A DNA stretch of 64,000 bases from the human T2T-CHM13v2.0 reference genome, Homo sapiens: assembly GCF_009914755.1 (NCBI RefSeq), contig NC_060926.1; one strand, 5' to 3'. The notes beneath the pieces were generated by a model. That model saw only the letters and a list, made by a program, of their open reading frames with translations, was not told the DNA's origin and ran no database searches. Below are positions 1 to 19,025 of the stretch, one piece after another. How positions within the stretch are numbered: the first letter of the stretch is position 1; every line of letters begins with the position of its first letter. The position numbers were made by a program, and so were the translations under genes.

Positions 1-119
1 ACCTAACTTCCACTTCCCTCTGTTTCTGGTACCTGGAGATTTCTACTTTATCTAGGTTTTAGATGATATTTTTGTTATCATATTTTTGTTCAGTGTTTTG
101 AAGTGTTTGGATGGGAGGA

Positions 120-872
120 TGTGGTGTTATGATATATACTAGTTTTTATCCATGGTTCCTGGCTCATAACACCCCACAGCCCTTGTTACAGTTTTTGTTG
201 TTATAATACTGGGTGTGTTAGGCCTCAGAGGCAGCCCTCTGACCTTCTGCCCTCCTTTCACTTACCCCAAGGCAGGACTCTAATGTTCCGCCTGTGAGAG
301 TGTTGATGCACCCAATGCCCTGGAGGAAGGAATGCTGACATTGTGAAGCTTCCATAAAAACCCAGGAGGACCGGGTTGATGGAGCTTCTGAATAGCTGAA
401 CACAGGGAGGTTCCTGGAGGATGGTGCACCCAGGCAGAGCATGGAAGGGCTGTGCCCCTTTCCTCATACTGCCCTACACATCCGCTTATCTGTATCTTTC
501 GCAGTATTCTTTATAGTAAACCAGTAAACCTAAGTAACTTTCCCTGAGTTCTGTGAGCTGCTCCAGCAAATTCGCTGAACCCAAAGACGGCGCTCTTGAG
601 CCTCAACTTGAAGTGGGTCAGTCAGAAGTTCCTGAGGCTCAGACTTGTGACTGGCATGTGGGGAGGGGCAGTCTTGGGAACTAGCCCTCAGCCTATGGGA
701 TCTGACACTATCTCAGAGTAGATAGTTCATTAGAGGACACCCAGCTGGTGTCTGTTGCTTGGTGTATTTGGAAAAAGCCCCCACACATTTGGTCACAAGA
801 AGTCTTCTGTGTTGGTGATTATTATGGTGTGAGAGTGGAGGAAAAACATGGTTAGAGAGTTTTTCCTATACA
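120..872 (+). mobile_element. Solo LTR, MER21A-like
   Basis: TG...CA ends, start tgtggtgttatgatatata, near 5-bp TSD GAGGA/GAGGG. Confidence 0.75.
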
Positions 873-966
873 GAGGGATATTTCTACCCAATCCGTCATA
901 CTGACTGAGGTTCTTAACTCCTAATTAACTTAATTAAATTAACTCCTAATTTAAAAGTTTATTTTG

Positions 967-1263
967 GGCCGGGCACAGTGGCTCACGCCTGTAATCCCAG
1001 AACTTTGGGAGGCTGAGGCGGGCAGATAGCTTGAGGTTGGGGAGTTCAAGACCAGCCTGGCCAACATGGTGAAACCCTGTCTCTACTAAAAATACAAAAA
1101 TTAGCTGGGCATGGTGTTGTATGACTATAATCCCAGCACTCAGGAGGCTGAGGCAGGACAGTCACTTGAACCTAAGCTGGGGCGGAGGTTGAAGTGAGCT
1201 GAGATCCTGCTACTGCATCCCAGCCTGGGAGACAGTGTGAGACTCCATCTCAAAAAAAAAAAA
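967..1263 (+). mobile_element. Alu
   Basis: Full dimer with A-tail. Confidence 0.95.
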
Positions 1264-1266
1264 TTA

Positions 1267-1632
<366 letters not shown>

Positions 1633-2224
1633 ACAGAATACAGCAAAGTAAATACATGTACATTGGCTCCTGCATGTGAAATCTCCTGCTACTAAGAGAA
1701 TGCGGGAGAGAAGAGGTCTGAATAAATAATACCGTGTGCCACTGCCACCATCTGGAACCCTGCACGCTTACTGCGGTGTCTCACTCTCATCTGGCCAATG
1801 TTTTCAGTCCAGAAAAGATCTGAATTTCCCAACCATGCTGCTCCAGTCCCTAAATGCTGTCCTTTAGATTCTCTATAGTAGATCAAAACCTCATGCTCAA
1901 CTAGCATCTTAACTCACATCTATGTTGAAAAGAAAAAACATGTGGAAAAGTTCCTGTTGTCCTTGGATATGAAGACGATGTTCTGTTTCTGCTGGGCATG
2001 CATGTGTACGTGTGTCTCTAACAGTGCAGAGGTTTACAGTGAGCAATTGATTCTTTACTTGTGGCTGATTCCATCTCTGGGAATGTTGATCCATATCAGT
2101 GGAGCCTATTTATAATGCTGAAAGCAGTCTACACAAAGATATTTTCCCCATAGTCATTGGCCTTCTCCTCTGGCCCTTTTAAGAGCTTTATCAGTGTCCT
2201 TCTATCAGTGACAATGGGAAAGAA

Positions 2225-2450
2225 ATGGGCTTTGGAGTCAAGCAGATCTGGGTTTGAATCTAAGCTTTGCCACTAATTAGATATGTGGCCTTTGGCAAGT
2301 TACTTAACACCTCTGAGTCTAAATTGTCTTCTTTATAAAACAGTAATAACAAAATCCACCTCAAAAGGTTGTTCTGAAGATCAAGTGAGATAACTGGAAA
2401 TAATATAACCTTATTATAAGCATTATGTTAATGCTCACAAATGTTAGTTT
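2225..2450 (+). mobile_element. MIR
   Basis: Core ggcaagttacttaac..ctctgagtct. Confidence 0.7.
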
Positions 2451-2519
2451 CCTCCCATTATCTCCACTCTCCTATTCTTATTCTTTCAAAGTAGAATTGT
2501 GCTTCAGGAGGTCTAATCA

Positions 2520-3171
<652 letters not shown>

Positions 3172-3390
3172 ATATCTTGATATTTTTGGTAATCAATTTA
3201 GATTTATTTTGGGCGAATTTCCTGAAACTTTTTGGACAGCCAGTTTATTTTGCTTCTGTACCAGCTGTTATAGCCCTCCCAGCCTATTGTTGGATCTTTC
3301 TGTAGAGTAGCTATGTTGTTACTTAAGAACCATGTCCCTCTTAACCAGAAATATCTCTTTGCCTTATTTGTTAATGCTCCTGCCTTTTAG

Positions 3391-3727
<337 letters not shown>

Positions 3728-4421
3728 AACGATAACATTTTAAATGAAAAGACCCCAGAGAGACTATGTAACATGTAAATATAAGCTAGATCCACTTCTG
3801 GGACTAGGTTTTCCCAGGAGGGATCATGAAGTCCCCAAGTGATTGAGGAGTAGGTGGGGGTAGGGAATCACCAAAGGGGTGGCTGGAGGAGATAGAAGAA
3901 CTGAAGGTATTTTTTTGAGAATTTTACAAGACCTAAAATCTGCCTGTTTCACAACAGTCATTTATCTGGGCCCTGTGGAATCTGTATTTGGCTCAGAACA
4001 TGTTGCTTTTTGCAAGTATCTCATCAGAAATAATAATAATGATGATAGCTATGACTATTCTTTTTTTTCTTCTCTGGATTTTGTGTGTGTGTGTGTGTCT
4101 GTCTGTCTGTCTAGACCTCTGATCATGACTTCTTAAGGAGAGGAAAAGACTATCATGAAAATAAAACGTAATTGGAATTATGGATTTGCCTTCATGTAAA
4201 TATCTGTGGCTCAGAGCACAAAAATAGCTTTTCCATTGCAGAGCTAAGTCAGGAGTTTCATGAGAAATTGAGCATTGATGATCTAATTTAAAACAGCTAT
4301 GGCCCAGAAATTCAGAGAAAGGGCTGACACATTGGCCTCTGTTTATACCTTTGAATATTTTCTTCCTAGCTTATGGTAACTCATATTCAGGGACAGTTTG
4401 GAGGGATGATAAGGCCATAAG

Positions 4422-4747
<326 letters not shown>

Positions 4748-6642
4748 ATAAGGTTTGATGCTACAAACCTTGTTTTTGTTGGCATTGGTTTAATGTTAAC
4801 ACGAACGTAGAGAAAAATTTTAATCTCAATCCTTTGCAACCAGGAATCCCTCCTAGTGTAGCTCCAGGCCTGTTGCTCATTTGTGGCTTGAGGCAGAGCC
4901 TTATACATTTTGTGAAACTCCCGGTGACTCTTGTTAGTCTTGGTTTCAGCAGAGGGTGCCTAATTGAGGTCATTCTCAGCAGCACACTGGTGGTCAGGTG
5001 CTCCTGATTTTCAGAAAAAATTACCTTGTTTAAAAAAATGTGATCAGGCTTTCCTGGGAATTGTCTGATAGGCTTGGACTTGCCTAGGTCAACATTTTTA
5101 TTCGGTAAGGCAGGAAATTGTTGTTTTAGGCATCTGACATCATCTTTATCAATCACCTGACTATAAACTCCAAGTGAGAATGGCTTTATAACACATGTGA
5201 TGGGGTTTCGCCAGCTTTCAACAGCCCCTGCTTGTCGGTATTGGCCTCCTCTGCACCCACATATTCCCATCTCTGCCAGATGTTCTGACTTAACTGCTCA
5301 CATGTGTGCAACCACACGGGCGCGCACAGACCCCGGCCAGACATGTGTCCCTGCTACAAACTCCTGCCCCTAGCGGCTGGCTTGCTGTCTGTCTAACCAG
5401 AGGGGCCATCTTTCCATGATTCTTTCGAGGGCTGCCTCAGTCACTCTCTGCCTTTGGAGACGGAGACACAGAATCTCCTCACCAGACAGGCGCTGGCTCC
5501 TTTAGTGGTTTCCTCATCTGCCTGTGCTCCTCACTCTCCATGGCTATGTATCACCTAGTTCCTTTAACCTTATCCTTCCTGGAACTTTTCTGTTTGTCTT
5601 CTGATTTGTTACTTTGCTTGGACTTGACTTCTCAGTCCTTCCCAGCACTGACCTCACTTTGTTTAGGACTTCTCTACCTCCACCCCTTTGTGATGTATGT
5701 GGCTCAGGCATTCAGCCCCCACTTAATGAGCAGCTGCTCTGTTTCAGGTACCTACATATCACAATTGGTCATGATGCTAAGGCTGACATTACTTTCTGGG
5801 GCCACCAAGTCACTGTGGAGAATGATGAGGGTGATGTTGCAGTTCTGCAAAGCTTTGGGGAAATTTCCCCATGCTGTGGGATATGTATATGAAAAACAAT
5901 TCTTTCTCTCCTCTTATATTTCATACTTAAAAAATAAATGTGTAGGGGCAGAGTTGTCAGGTTTCAACCCTCATGTCTTACCTGAGTTCCTGCCATAGCC
6001 TCCTATCTGACATTCTTGCCATTGGCCTTGCCATCTTCCGGTCTGTCCTTCACTCTTTCTAAAATTCTGATTTGACCCTGTTTATTGTCTCTTTTAAGTC
6101 TTTTCACTGCATCCTCATTTTCTTTTGGATAAAATCAAGCTCTATCGTGAGACAGAATGGCTTCTTCGACCTCACTTGCCTGTAGTTCTCTCCCTGTGTC
6201 ACCTGCATTAACTCCTGGCTCCAGCTTGGCTGTCTCCCTGCAGTCAGGCTCTCTCCTGCCTCCCTGTCTTTGCACACACACTCAGCTCTGTGCACTCTGT
6301 TCTGCCTGAGCATATCAGCCTTCAAGATTTAGCTCTGAAGCTCATGTTTCCATGAGGTGTTTGGAGTTCTCCAGGACCTGCATCTTTGTCCCCCCATCAC
6401 AGTTATGGACACTTGCCACCATCATTCCTGCCAATCTTGATTAGGCATCTGGCTTTGTGTCCCACAGAACACTGGATTTGTCTTTGTCACATGAACAAAG
6501 TACTTCAGAATTGTCTCCTAGACAGAAAATGCCCTAAGCTAAAGGACTATGATGTGTTTTTACTTGCAGCAGTGTATAGCATAGTTTTAAGAGTTGTCAG
6601 TTATTGCTATTGCTGTTGAATGAATGCATGGAAGAATTATTA

Positions 6643-6766
6643 TTTTTAGAGATGGGGTGTCTTGCTATGTTGCCCAGTCTGGTCTCAAACTCCTGGCCTC
6701 AAGCAATCTTCCTGCTTTGGCCTCCCAAAATGTGGGGATTACAGGTATGAGCTGCTGTGCCTGGCT
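6643..6766 (-). mobile_element. Alu monomer (FLAM-like)
   Basis: Left-arm sequence only. Confidence 0.8.
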
Positions 6767-8394
6767 ATACAAGAATCAATTCACACACACCTTTCACCAC
6801 ATTGCATGAACACACACCAAGACATAGATCCCAATGGGCAGCTTACTTCAAATCTTACTGAGAATATTTACAAAGCACATAGTAGGTGCTTAGTGAGTTT
6901 CTGTTGAGTCAAATAAAGAATGAATGCACATCCACACAAACTATGGAAAATATACTCAGAAGAGAGGCATAATGTAACCTTACTTCCTTTTAACTACAGA
7001 AAGAATATGGGGCTGGAAAATAAGATTAGAGCTCATGTTTATCTTCTCAGCTATGTTACTCCAAATGAATCAGTTGATCTCTCTGGACTCTTATTTCCTC
7101 ATCTCTCAAATGAAATGTTAGAAAAGATAATATTTAATGCCCATTGAACAGTCTAACTTCAATCATTATTAGGCTTAAAGTCAAATGACCGGTGCTTTAC
7201 ATTAAGTGGCATGAATTTGGGACTCTGATTTTTAGGCCTCACCATGGAGTGTGTTCATGACAGGCCCTTAGCACTGGGCAGAGCTGCAAAGATGAGACCA
7301 AGAGATGGACCAGAGTTCGCCTAAAGTGAGGCAGGAGGCCACAACCTAGTTGTTAAGCAAACATAGAGCTACGAGGCATGGCCAGGATGAGAAGCCCTGA
7401 GGCGGGGATAGCAGTCAGTGTCCCATGGTCGTGCGGGGTCAAAGCTGGCCTGAGATCACCAGGAAACAAGTGTGGAAGCAGGCTGGGCAGTGTGCTTTCA
7501 GGGATATGCTGAAAATGTGCCCTGCTCTCAGGGAAGACTTCCAGAAATCTCTGTGAAAGCCATCAATGCCAGCTGTTTGTCTCAAGTTATCTGAAGGGTG
7601 GTCAAGTGAAAAGTGTTTAGATTTAGTTGATGTCTCCCGGAGCATAGATAGAAGCCGGGAGGAGGTTAATTTGCGGTTAATAGGAAGGAGAAAAGTTTAA
7701 TCTTGTCTACATGATAATGAGATGAACTCACTTATACAGTAATGAGGTCTCCTTCATTGGAAGAGTTTACGCAGCACAGGGTAATTCCTCATCAGGAACA
7801 TTGTATTAGGGATTTCTGAATTGTGAGCATTGGGCTAGATGCGTTTTAAAGTTTTTTTCTGCTTCTCATGTCCTTACCAAATCAAGTCTAGGTAAACACT
7901 TTCAGATCCCATAGCCCTTCCTTTTGTGAAATGATCTCAGCATGCCCTGATGTCCTGGTGACCAGCCTTTGGTAACTCTTTAGTCTTTGAATGTCCCCCT
8001 TAAAGTGGAGCTCCTTGAATGGGACCTCATGTGCCAGGATGTGGCTTGGCCAGGGCCTTTCTAGGGACATGACACAATTTTTACAGGTAGTGGACTTCAT
8101 TTATTATTTCCTCATCTATTTTCTCGCTCTGACCTGAGCTGTAAAAGCACATAGCATTGAGCCTTGGCTGCTTCTGCTACATGCTTATGCCACCTCAGGT
8201 GATGGGAGACTTCCTTTCCTTCCATTCCACTTTTGTCTGCTGGGGACCCTGGGGTAAATGTAATCTAGACAGTGACTCTGAGGCTCTGTACTGGGAACTT
8301 CCATGGCATTCCATTCTTGCTTTCTCAAGAGCCTCATACTTTATGCCAAATGCTTGCTTTCTCTGTCTTTTGTTTCCTTTCTTCTTTCATTTTT

Positions 8395-8836
<442 letters not shown>

Positions 8837-9430
8837 TAAGCTCCTTTGTGCACATGAAGAAAAATGCCCAGAGAAGTTAGTGACTTGCTTAATTTACTGG
8901 CAGAGTCAATGAGCCCGGAACCCACATTTCTTGATTTCCCTCACCGCCTCTGTCTTGGAGATCACAGTGCATTTGCTAATAGCACTGGAGTCACAAAGAA
9001 CAGCAAGCTGTTTTCCCTCTGTGTGGTCATTGTACCAAAAGAATTTATCCGGGAAACAATCCCAGGCCTCCATAGACTCAGTAAGACCACACTAAAGTAA
9101 ACTAAAAAGAGTAACAAGAGCAGAAGAATTTATCAAGTGCTTCCTATTTTTCAAAGAAACTTTCAAGTCCATTGCCTTATATGATGCTCCCTGAAGCACC
9201 TTAAGGTAGAAGAACCCGCAGGAGCCTCCTTTTGTAAGTAAAGGTCAAGGATGGAGTCCAGGCCTGGGGTGGGTAGAGGAGGTTGCTGGTCCACAAACCT
9301 TCCATGGAACTATGCTTCAGAAAACCAGGGAAAGGGAATGAATGAGTTGTTTCCATCTGGTATCAAAGATGTGGGTGCCCTGAGGACAGACCTAGGGTTC
9401 TGGTTTGTCAGTGGTTCAAGAAGCATCCTA

Positions 9431-9741
9431 GGCCGGGCGCGGTGGCTCACGCCTGTAATCCCAGCACTTTGGGAGGCCAAGAAGGGTGGATCACCTGAGG
9501 TCAGGAGTTCAATACCAGCCTGACCAACATGGTGAAACCCCTTCTCTACTAAAAATACAAAAATTACCCGGGTGTGGTGATGGGCTCCTGTAATCCCAGC
9601 TACTTGGGAAGCTGAGGCAGGAGAATGGCTTGAACTCAGGGGGACAGAGGTTGCAGCAAGCCAAGATTGTGTCACTGCACTCCAGCCCGGACGACAGAGT
9701 GACTCCATCTCAAAAAAAAAAAAAAAAAAGAGAAAAGAAAA
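9431..9741 (+). mobile_element. AluS
   Basis: Dimer; TSD aagca(t/g)ccta. Confidence 0.95.
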
Positions 9742-10113
9742 AGCAGCCTAGGTCCAGGTTTGGAGGTAGGAACCTGGCTGGGGGTGGGTGGGGTGGTGGG
9801 ACCGACTCTTGTCCTCAACATCAGGCCAGCTCCAGCTGAGCAGTTTGGGAGAATATAAGTCCAGACAGGAGGGAAGAGTACTGGCTTGGGAAACCAGTTG
9901 TTAAGACATGGGACAGCAGGGCAGTGGCCCCCTGGGCAGTGAGGTGACTTCTGGGATCTAGTAGATGCTCTAGTTGAGGATTCTGAAGTGTGGAGCAAGA
10001 CTTGCTCTCACCACATGGGAGTCTTGTCAGAATCTTAGGTTATTCAGTCATTTATTCAGCAGCTATCAACAAGTACTCAGTGAATATAAATATATCTTAA
10101 GCATATTTATATA

Positions 10114-10407
<294 letters not shown>

Positions 10408-10444
10408 ACAAAAACCCCACATATTTATAGTGTTTCTTATGAGG

Positions 10445-10498
10445 ATATATATGTGTGTGTATATATATATTATATATATATATGTATCTTATATATTT
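10445..10498. repeat. Imperfect (TA)n/(TG)n microsatellite
   Basis: Direct reading. Confidence 0.8.
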
Positions 10499-11994
10499 AC
10501 TCTTTTTAATGCACATAACCAAACCATGGGAATATGTAATATTATTCTCTATTTTATGAATTAGGAAACTGAGGCTCAAGGATGATAACTGGTTAGCTCA
10601 AAGTCCAAAGTTCCTGTCTTCTGAATTCTTTCACTGATGTTTATAGCTGCTTTCCACATGTTAAGCAGTTCCTAAATTTCAAGGTGTATGCCTGGAAGAA
10701 AATAGAGGAAAACACCTTCAGAGTTATTGCTCAAGGCATTACTTTATCTTTAGGGACTGGAAAACCTAAACACATAACTGAAATTCAACTTGAGTCCTTT
10801 TTGTTCAACCTCTAAGTGAGCAATTGTATGGTTGGCATTCACTCTTTTTCTTTTCTTTTTACTTAAAAAAATTTTTTTGTAACTATTTTTTCTTTCTTTT
10901 ACTGGTTTCTGTATTTATTATTATTATTATTATTTTTTCAACTTTTAGATCATTTTAGATCTAGGGGGGTACATTTGCAGGTTTGTTACCTGGGTGGCAT
11001 TCACTCTAAGCCAATCAAGAACAACTTCTTCTTAAACCTGGAATTAACATCTATGCTCTGGTGTGTCCTGACTTGTGTCAGGCACCCTAGTTATGTGGCC
11101 AAGTGGAACATCGCAACAGGGAGAATGGGTTGGACTATAGATGGGTGTTTCCTGGGTAAATTTGTTATGGGTGAGAGGCTTGGGGACATAGTGCAACAAA
11201 TCTGAGTCCTCCTGCAGTGAAGGAAGGTCATGCCCCAATGCTTCCAGGGCTGGGGTATGCAATTGAGCTCATAGTTCAAGTTCCCTTCCCTACTTTCCAT
11301 GGCCTGTGCCATGACCAAGGGCCAAGCCCCTCTGACCCTGCCCCTGCCCCTGGCCTTGTCTTGTTGGCTCAGCTTGATGCCCTAGATACCTTCCTAACCT
11401 TCAGATGGTAAAGTCTCTGCCAGCTGTGGCTACCTGCCTGATTCTGGGGACGGGGCGCTTTGATGGAGATCCTGAGCTGTCTGGAAGTGAATTTTTCTCT
11501 GACAGAATGTCCTTTTGCTGCTTCCTCTCCCTTTCTTTCCCAGCCAGAAGCAGTTAGTCTCCCGCATTTTCCTTGGCATGGCTCTTGCCTTGCAAGGAGC
11601 ATGTAAAAAACTCTGGGATGAGTCAGAACCTGGCTGAAGTGTCAGGTACATTTACCAAACATTGATTGGACTCCAGGCCCTCAGCCTATGCCAGGGCAGA
11701 GAACCCAGGCATGAATAAGATCCTATCATCCCCTGTGCTGGAGTTGCTCCCAGCCTAGAGACCTGAGGAGACACCCAGCCCACTGTGACAAGTGATGTTG
11801 GGAGCTCCAACCCGGATTCCTGGTCAGTCACCAACTTCACCTACTCTGAGGGTTAGTTCCTGGTGTCCTGTGTTTTGGGTGGACTCTCCAGGTCCTGACA
11901 TCTGCCGTGGGAACCCAGCTCTGCTTTCCATGGCTGCATTGCCTGCTGCTCCAGTGATCTGTTGCTGCAGAGCAGCTACTCCAAAATGTTGAGG

Positions 11995-13130
<1,136 letters not shown>

Positions 13131-13188
13131 TCAGAAGAGCAGGGTATGAAAGATATTGTTGCTGTGCCTTGGAAAACCTCCAGCCTGA

Positions 13189-13684
<496 letters not shown>

Positions 13685-14067
13685 TAGACCCCTTCTTAGG
13701 AGAATTGATCCTCGTAGATTGTTTGAGTTTGAAGGGACCTTGGAAACTGCTTGATAGCAGTGACTTGTTCAAACTTACAAAGGCAGAGAGAAGCAGAGTT
13801 AGAAGAAAACCTAAATACTGGCTTCATGGTTCCCAGGCCAGGCAAATAGCTGTGGGGACTTCACCCAAAGGACTTCTGTGTGCTGTGAGCAGGAATACAA
13901 AGTCTGTTGGAGAGATGGGTGTGGGGAGAGAGCAGAACCCTGGGTGGTGTCCAGTGGAGACCATCCATCACCTTAGAGGTGGTGTGAGCTCCTGGTTGTG
14001 CTGGGCTGCATCTGTTGGGAGCTAGTGTGCCTTGCTGAGCTGGGCTGTGCAGAGGCACCTGAGATGA

Positions 14068-14418
<351 letters not shown>

Positions 14419-14804
14419 TTTTGCTTCTTTAAATTGGACTCAGAGTTGGGAGGAAAGAGGTTAGCCTGCCAGGGGCTCAAGCACCCAAGGTTGAGACTTA
14501 GAGATCTGTAAATTTACATATAGGCTAAGGTCGAAAATGTCAGTTGGCACATCCAGTCATTGGCTCCCACGTATGCGTTTCTACTCAAACTTTAAGTGCA
14601 AAATTTTTTGTTAAAGCCTTTGGTAGTCTTTGAAATTCAATAAAGTTCACAAGTATTTTGCAAGCACTCCCCATAGACTTGGAGACTTAAATATTATTTT
14701 TTGTGTGCTGAAGTTTGCTTTTGAGACTAAGACATTACTAAAGTTAATGCCAATCTTTTATAACTGCTTTGTATATAGGACCTTAATAAAGAATTTTAAA
14801 AATC

Positions 14805-15149
<345 letters not shown>

Positions 15150-15774
15150 TTATACACATATATATCAATGGAATTCCGTGGAAGTAGAGAGGAATAGAAG
15201 CAAACATGCTGTTGTTATGTTATCTGTAATTCAGCAGTACTTGCCTGTGTCCACAGTGATGTGGACATTTCCAGGTGAGCATGATGGTCAGCAACAGCCT
15301 AGGACTGGCCATGGACAAACCAATATGCATTTGATTTTGTGGCACACACACAATACTGCTAATCTCTGCTCAGTGGCTTGTGGCCCAGTTTAGGCAGCCA
15401 GAGAAGAGATCTGCCATAGCTATGATCACAGTGTGTGTAATTGGATTTTGTATCTGCTTACTGGGGTGAATAAAGCCAGGTGGGAGAAATTCTTTTACAC
15501 TGGCGTTAACTGGCACATAACTCAAATCAACAGAAACATGAGCAGAGGGTATAGTGGCAAATGGCTTGTTTGCTGCCCTATGTCTTTACTCAAGCAGATG
15601 TCCCTTCCCCATGAAGCCTTCCTTGCTCCTGAGCCAGGGCTGCATTTGATACTGCTCATTCCTAACCTCCCAGTGCACTTTAGCAGAGAAGGATGAGCAC
15701 ATTTTATCTTTCATTTGTTGTTTTCTCTGGCCTTTCCTACAAGGTTATAAAAGCCTTAGGAGCAGGCATCTATA

Positions 15775-16002
15775 CAGGTTGAGTGTCCCTAATCCAAAAT
15801 CTGAAATCTCGAAAGTTAGGACCTTTTCGAATGCTGACCTGAGGCTGAAAGGAAATACTCATTGGAGCATTTCAGATTTTGGATTTTCAGATTAGGGATG
15901 CTGAACTGTATAAGTATAATACAAATATTTCAAAATCTGAAAACATCTGAAATCTGAAACACTTCTGGTCCCAAGCGTTTTAGATAAGGGATATTCAACC
16001 TG
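15775..16002 (-). mobile_element. Tigger4a/MER46-type DNA transposon (MITE)
   Basis: TIRs CAGGTTGAGT...ATTCAACCTG with TA TSDs. Confidence 0.85.
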
Positions 16003-16097
16003 TAGTAACAAGAGCTTCTATTTAACATCTCCCCCATGTACCTGGCATTTTACAGATGTTACTTTATTTAGTATGTGCAAGAATCATTTAACATAAC

Positions 16098-16455
16098 TGT
16101 CTTACTCCCTTGAGCTTGCTATAACAAAAAATAGCTTAGATTGAGTAGCTTATAAGAAGAGAAATGTCTTGCTCACAGTTCTGGAGGCTGGGAAGTCCAA
16201 TATCAAGGCTCCAGTGGACTTGATGTCTGCTGAGGTCCTGTTCCTCACAGATGGCACCTTCTATGTGTTCTCAGATGGCGGAAGGGACAAACAAGCTCTC
16301 TGGGGCCTCTTTGATAAAGACACTAATTCTGTTCATAAGGTCAGAGCCCTTATGACCTAATCACCTCCCAAAGGGCCCACCTCTTGTTACTGTCACATTG
16401 GGGATTAAGTTTCAGCATATGAATTTTGGGAGACATAAACATCCAGAGCATAAAC
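16098..16455 (-). mobile_element. MaLR LTR (MLT1A/MST-like)
   Basis: ctcacagttctggaggctgggaagtcc...taatcacctcccaaag motifs. Confidence 0.85.
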
Positions 16456-16459
16456 GTAA

Positions 16460-16600
16460 CTAATGTTACCCTTGTTTCACACCTGAGAAGACAGAGGCTC
16501 AGGGAATTGAAGTAACTTGCTCCATGTCACTGCTAGGCAGTGGCAGGGCTGGGATTGAAACACAAATCTCTCTAACTTCTAAGCCCTTTTCCTACCATAC
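16460..16600 (-). mobile_element. MIR fragment
   Basis: gaggctcaggg..aagtaacttgc motif. Confidence 0.6.
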
Positions 16601-18414
16601 CACCAGGGAATCAGACCTCTGCAGTTTCCATGGTGCTTAACTCAGAACCCAGCACTTAGGGGATGTGGTCTTTGCTGAATGAATAAGCAGGGGATGTGTG
16701 ATACAAGAATTTGTACCAGAACCTTTGGCCAACATTTCCCCAAGGCCCAGCATCCAATGGTAGAGGTCCTGGGTGACTCTCTGTAGATGGTGGTCCTTCA
16801 CTTCTCATATAGGCCATTCCAATCTGAATGCAGCTTGTTTTGTGTGTGGGAAGGAATTATGTTTTAGGGTATTAAATATCCTTTCTGGGCCATTTAGTTA
16901 CTTGTCTCCTCTCAAAACACTAAAAGCAATTACATGGTAATTAAGATAAATTACTTGACCAATTTTCATAGCAAACTGATTGGTTTCACTTATCCCCCCA
17001 CTGAACTGTTAAGACCTGGCGAGATCCTTTTTATAGTTCTTTAAACTTCCAGGACTTTCTGCTTATCTTCAGGAAGGACAGTGGACCTTCAGGGGAGAGG
17101 AGAAGGAGGAAATTTGCATATTTAAAATGTGTGATCTGAGCCAAACGCTCTTCAGCTAACTTGATCTCGCATCATTTTCCCAGCTTCCTTTGAGAATTCA
17201 GAATCAAAATTCAGGCATCACCATCTAGTGACCACAGGGTCCTGCACCCCAGCCCAAACCTGGGGACCCCTTAGGGATAATGCCCTTTCTCATTTGTCTT
17301 TGAGTGCCCTGCTCTTTCCACTGAAGAGCCCACAGAACACAGATGCCAGCAGGCAGCCCTGAAAGCAGGCCTTGTTTGCAGGTCTTTGCCTGAACGAAGC
17401 CTGCTTGTCTGCCTCCTTCTGAAGGCCAGGGGTGGGCTACATTTTTTGGAGAGTAGGAGGCCCAGGGGTCCTCTTCGTGCTGCTCCTGAGAACAGAAGGT
17501 AGATAGGGTATGAAGAGGCAGCCGTTGCTAGGGCTGCCAGAAACCAGTCCACCCAGGAAACAACACAGCTCCACAGCTGCAGTGAGCACAGCTGCAGAAA
17601 CCCAGGAGCTGGGCGAGAGGGTGGGGGTTAAGATCCAGGCCTCTGCCCCAGGCCCCAGCATCCATGCTGGGCAAGCAGGCCACGTGCTCCCTTGCTTCCA
17701 GACTGGCAGCCTAGCCTCCTTGAAACTGGCCCTCACTTTATCCCCACCCACCTAATCAGCAAGCCCCAAAGTCTCCCCTTGTCTCTGCTCTCTGCTGTTC
17801 TTCTAGGGCCCATGAGGGAACTTTTCTGCCTTGGGGGCTCCTCCACCTCCTGGTTTCACCTTAGCTTTTTGTGTGTGTCTTACTTTCTCCTTTTCATTTC
17901 CTCCTCTTGTAAAGTGACCCAGCCCTGGGGCTTTACCCATTGTCTTGCATTCAGCTCTCACAGCGCTGAAAGACCTCCACTCTCTACCTCTAGCCCTTGG
18001 TTTTCTCTCTGGATACTGCCTCTTGTGTCTAGCTTCATGAATGAGGCTTCCATGTGGACATACCTCAGACCTGACCAATGTGCATAAAACCAGCTCCCTG
18101 TCCTGTCTCTCCTGTGGCTCCACTAGTCCAAGGGCCAGATGCCCCACTCTCCTTTGTTTTCTAGATTATATTTGGTGTACAAATCCCATCAAGGCTTTAC
18201 AAATATTCTTTTATCTGCCCTTTCTCCCTTCCGATTTCCATCTCGGAAGTCAGTATACTATAGGGCAAAGTGCAGAATTTGGGGCTATGGACAGGGTTCA
18301 ACTCTGATAGCATCATTTTCTGATTGTGCGAACCTCAGGAAAATCATCAAATAGAAGCCTCTGATTCATTATCTACGAAGCAGACACATACAGAAGGGTG
18401 GATCCCAGCTCACT

Positions 18415-18620
18415 GACCTCCTTGCTTTTGACATTTTGGACTGGAAAATTCTTGTTGTGGGGCTGCCCTGTGCATTGTAGAATGTTTAGCAGCATCTCTG
18501 GCCCCTACTTACTAGACGCTAGTAGCATTCCTGATTGTCAGTTGTGACAATGAAAAATGTCTCCGGACACTGCCAAATGTTTCCTGGGGAGTTAACTTGC
18601 TCCTGTTTGAGACCCATTGG
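18415..18620. mobile_element. MER20 (hAT-Charlie)
   Basis: ggctgccctgtgcattgtagaatgtttagcagcatc...aaaaatgtctcc motifs. Confidence 0.85.
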
Positions 18621-18663
18621 TACAGAGTAATGCTAAGTCCTGGGTGGTGGTAATGAATATTAA

Positions 18664-19025
<362 letters not shown>

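Noticed and set aside
5363-5380. CTCF-like CCGCTAGGGGCAG on the minus strand
   Set aside because: One G short of the core spacing, so not supportable without ChIP data.
4761-5998. 169-aa (-) and 152-aa (+) ORFs in non-Alu sequence
   Set aside because: No recognisable domain or splice context; consistent with chance ORFs.
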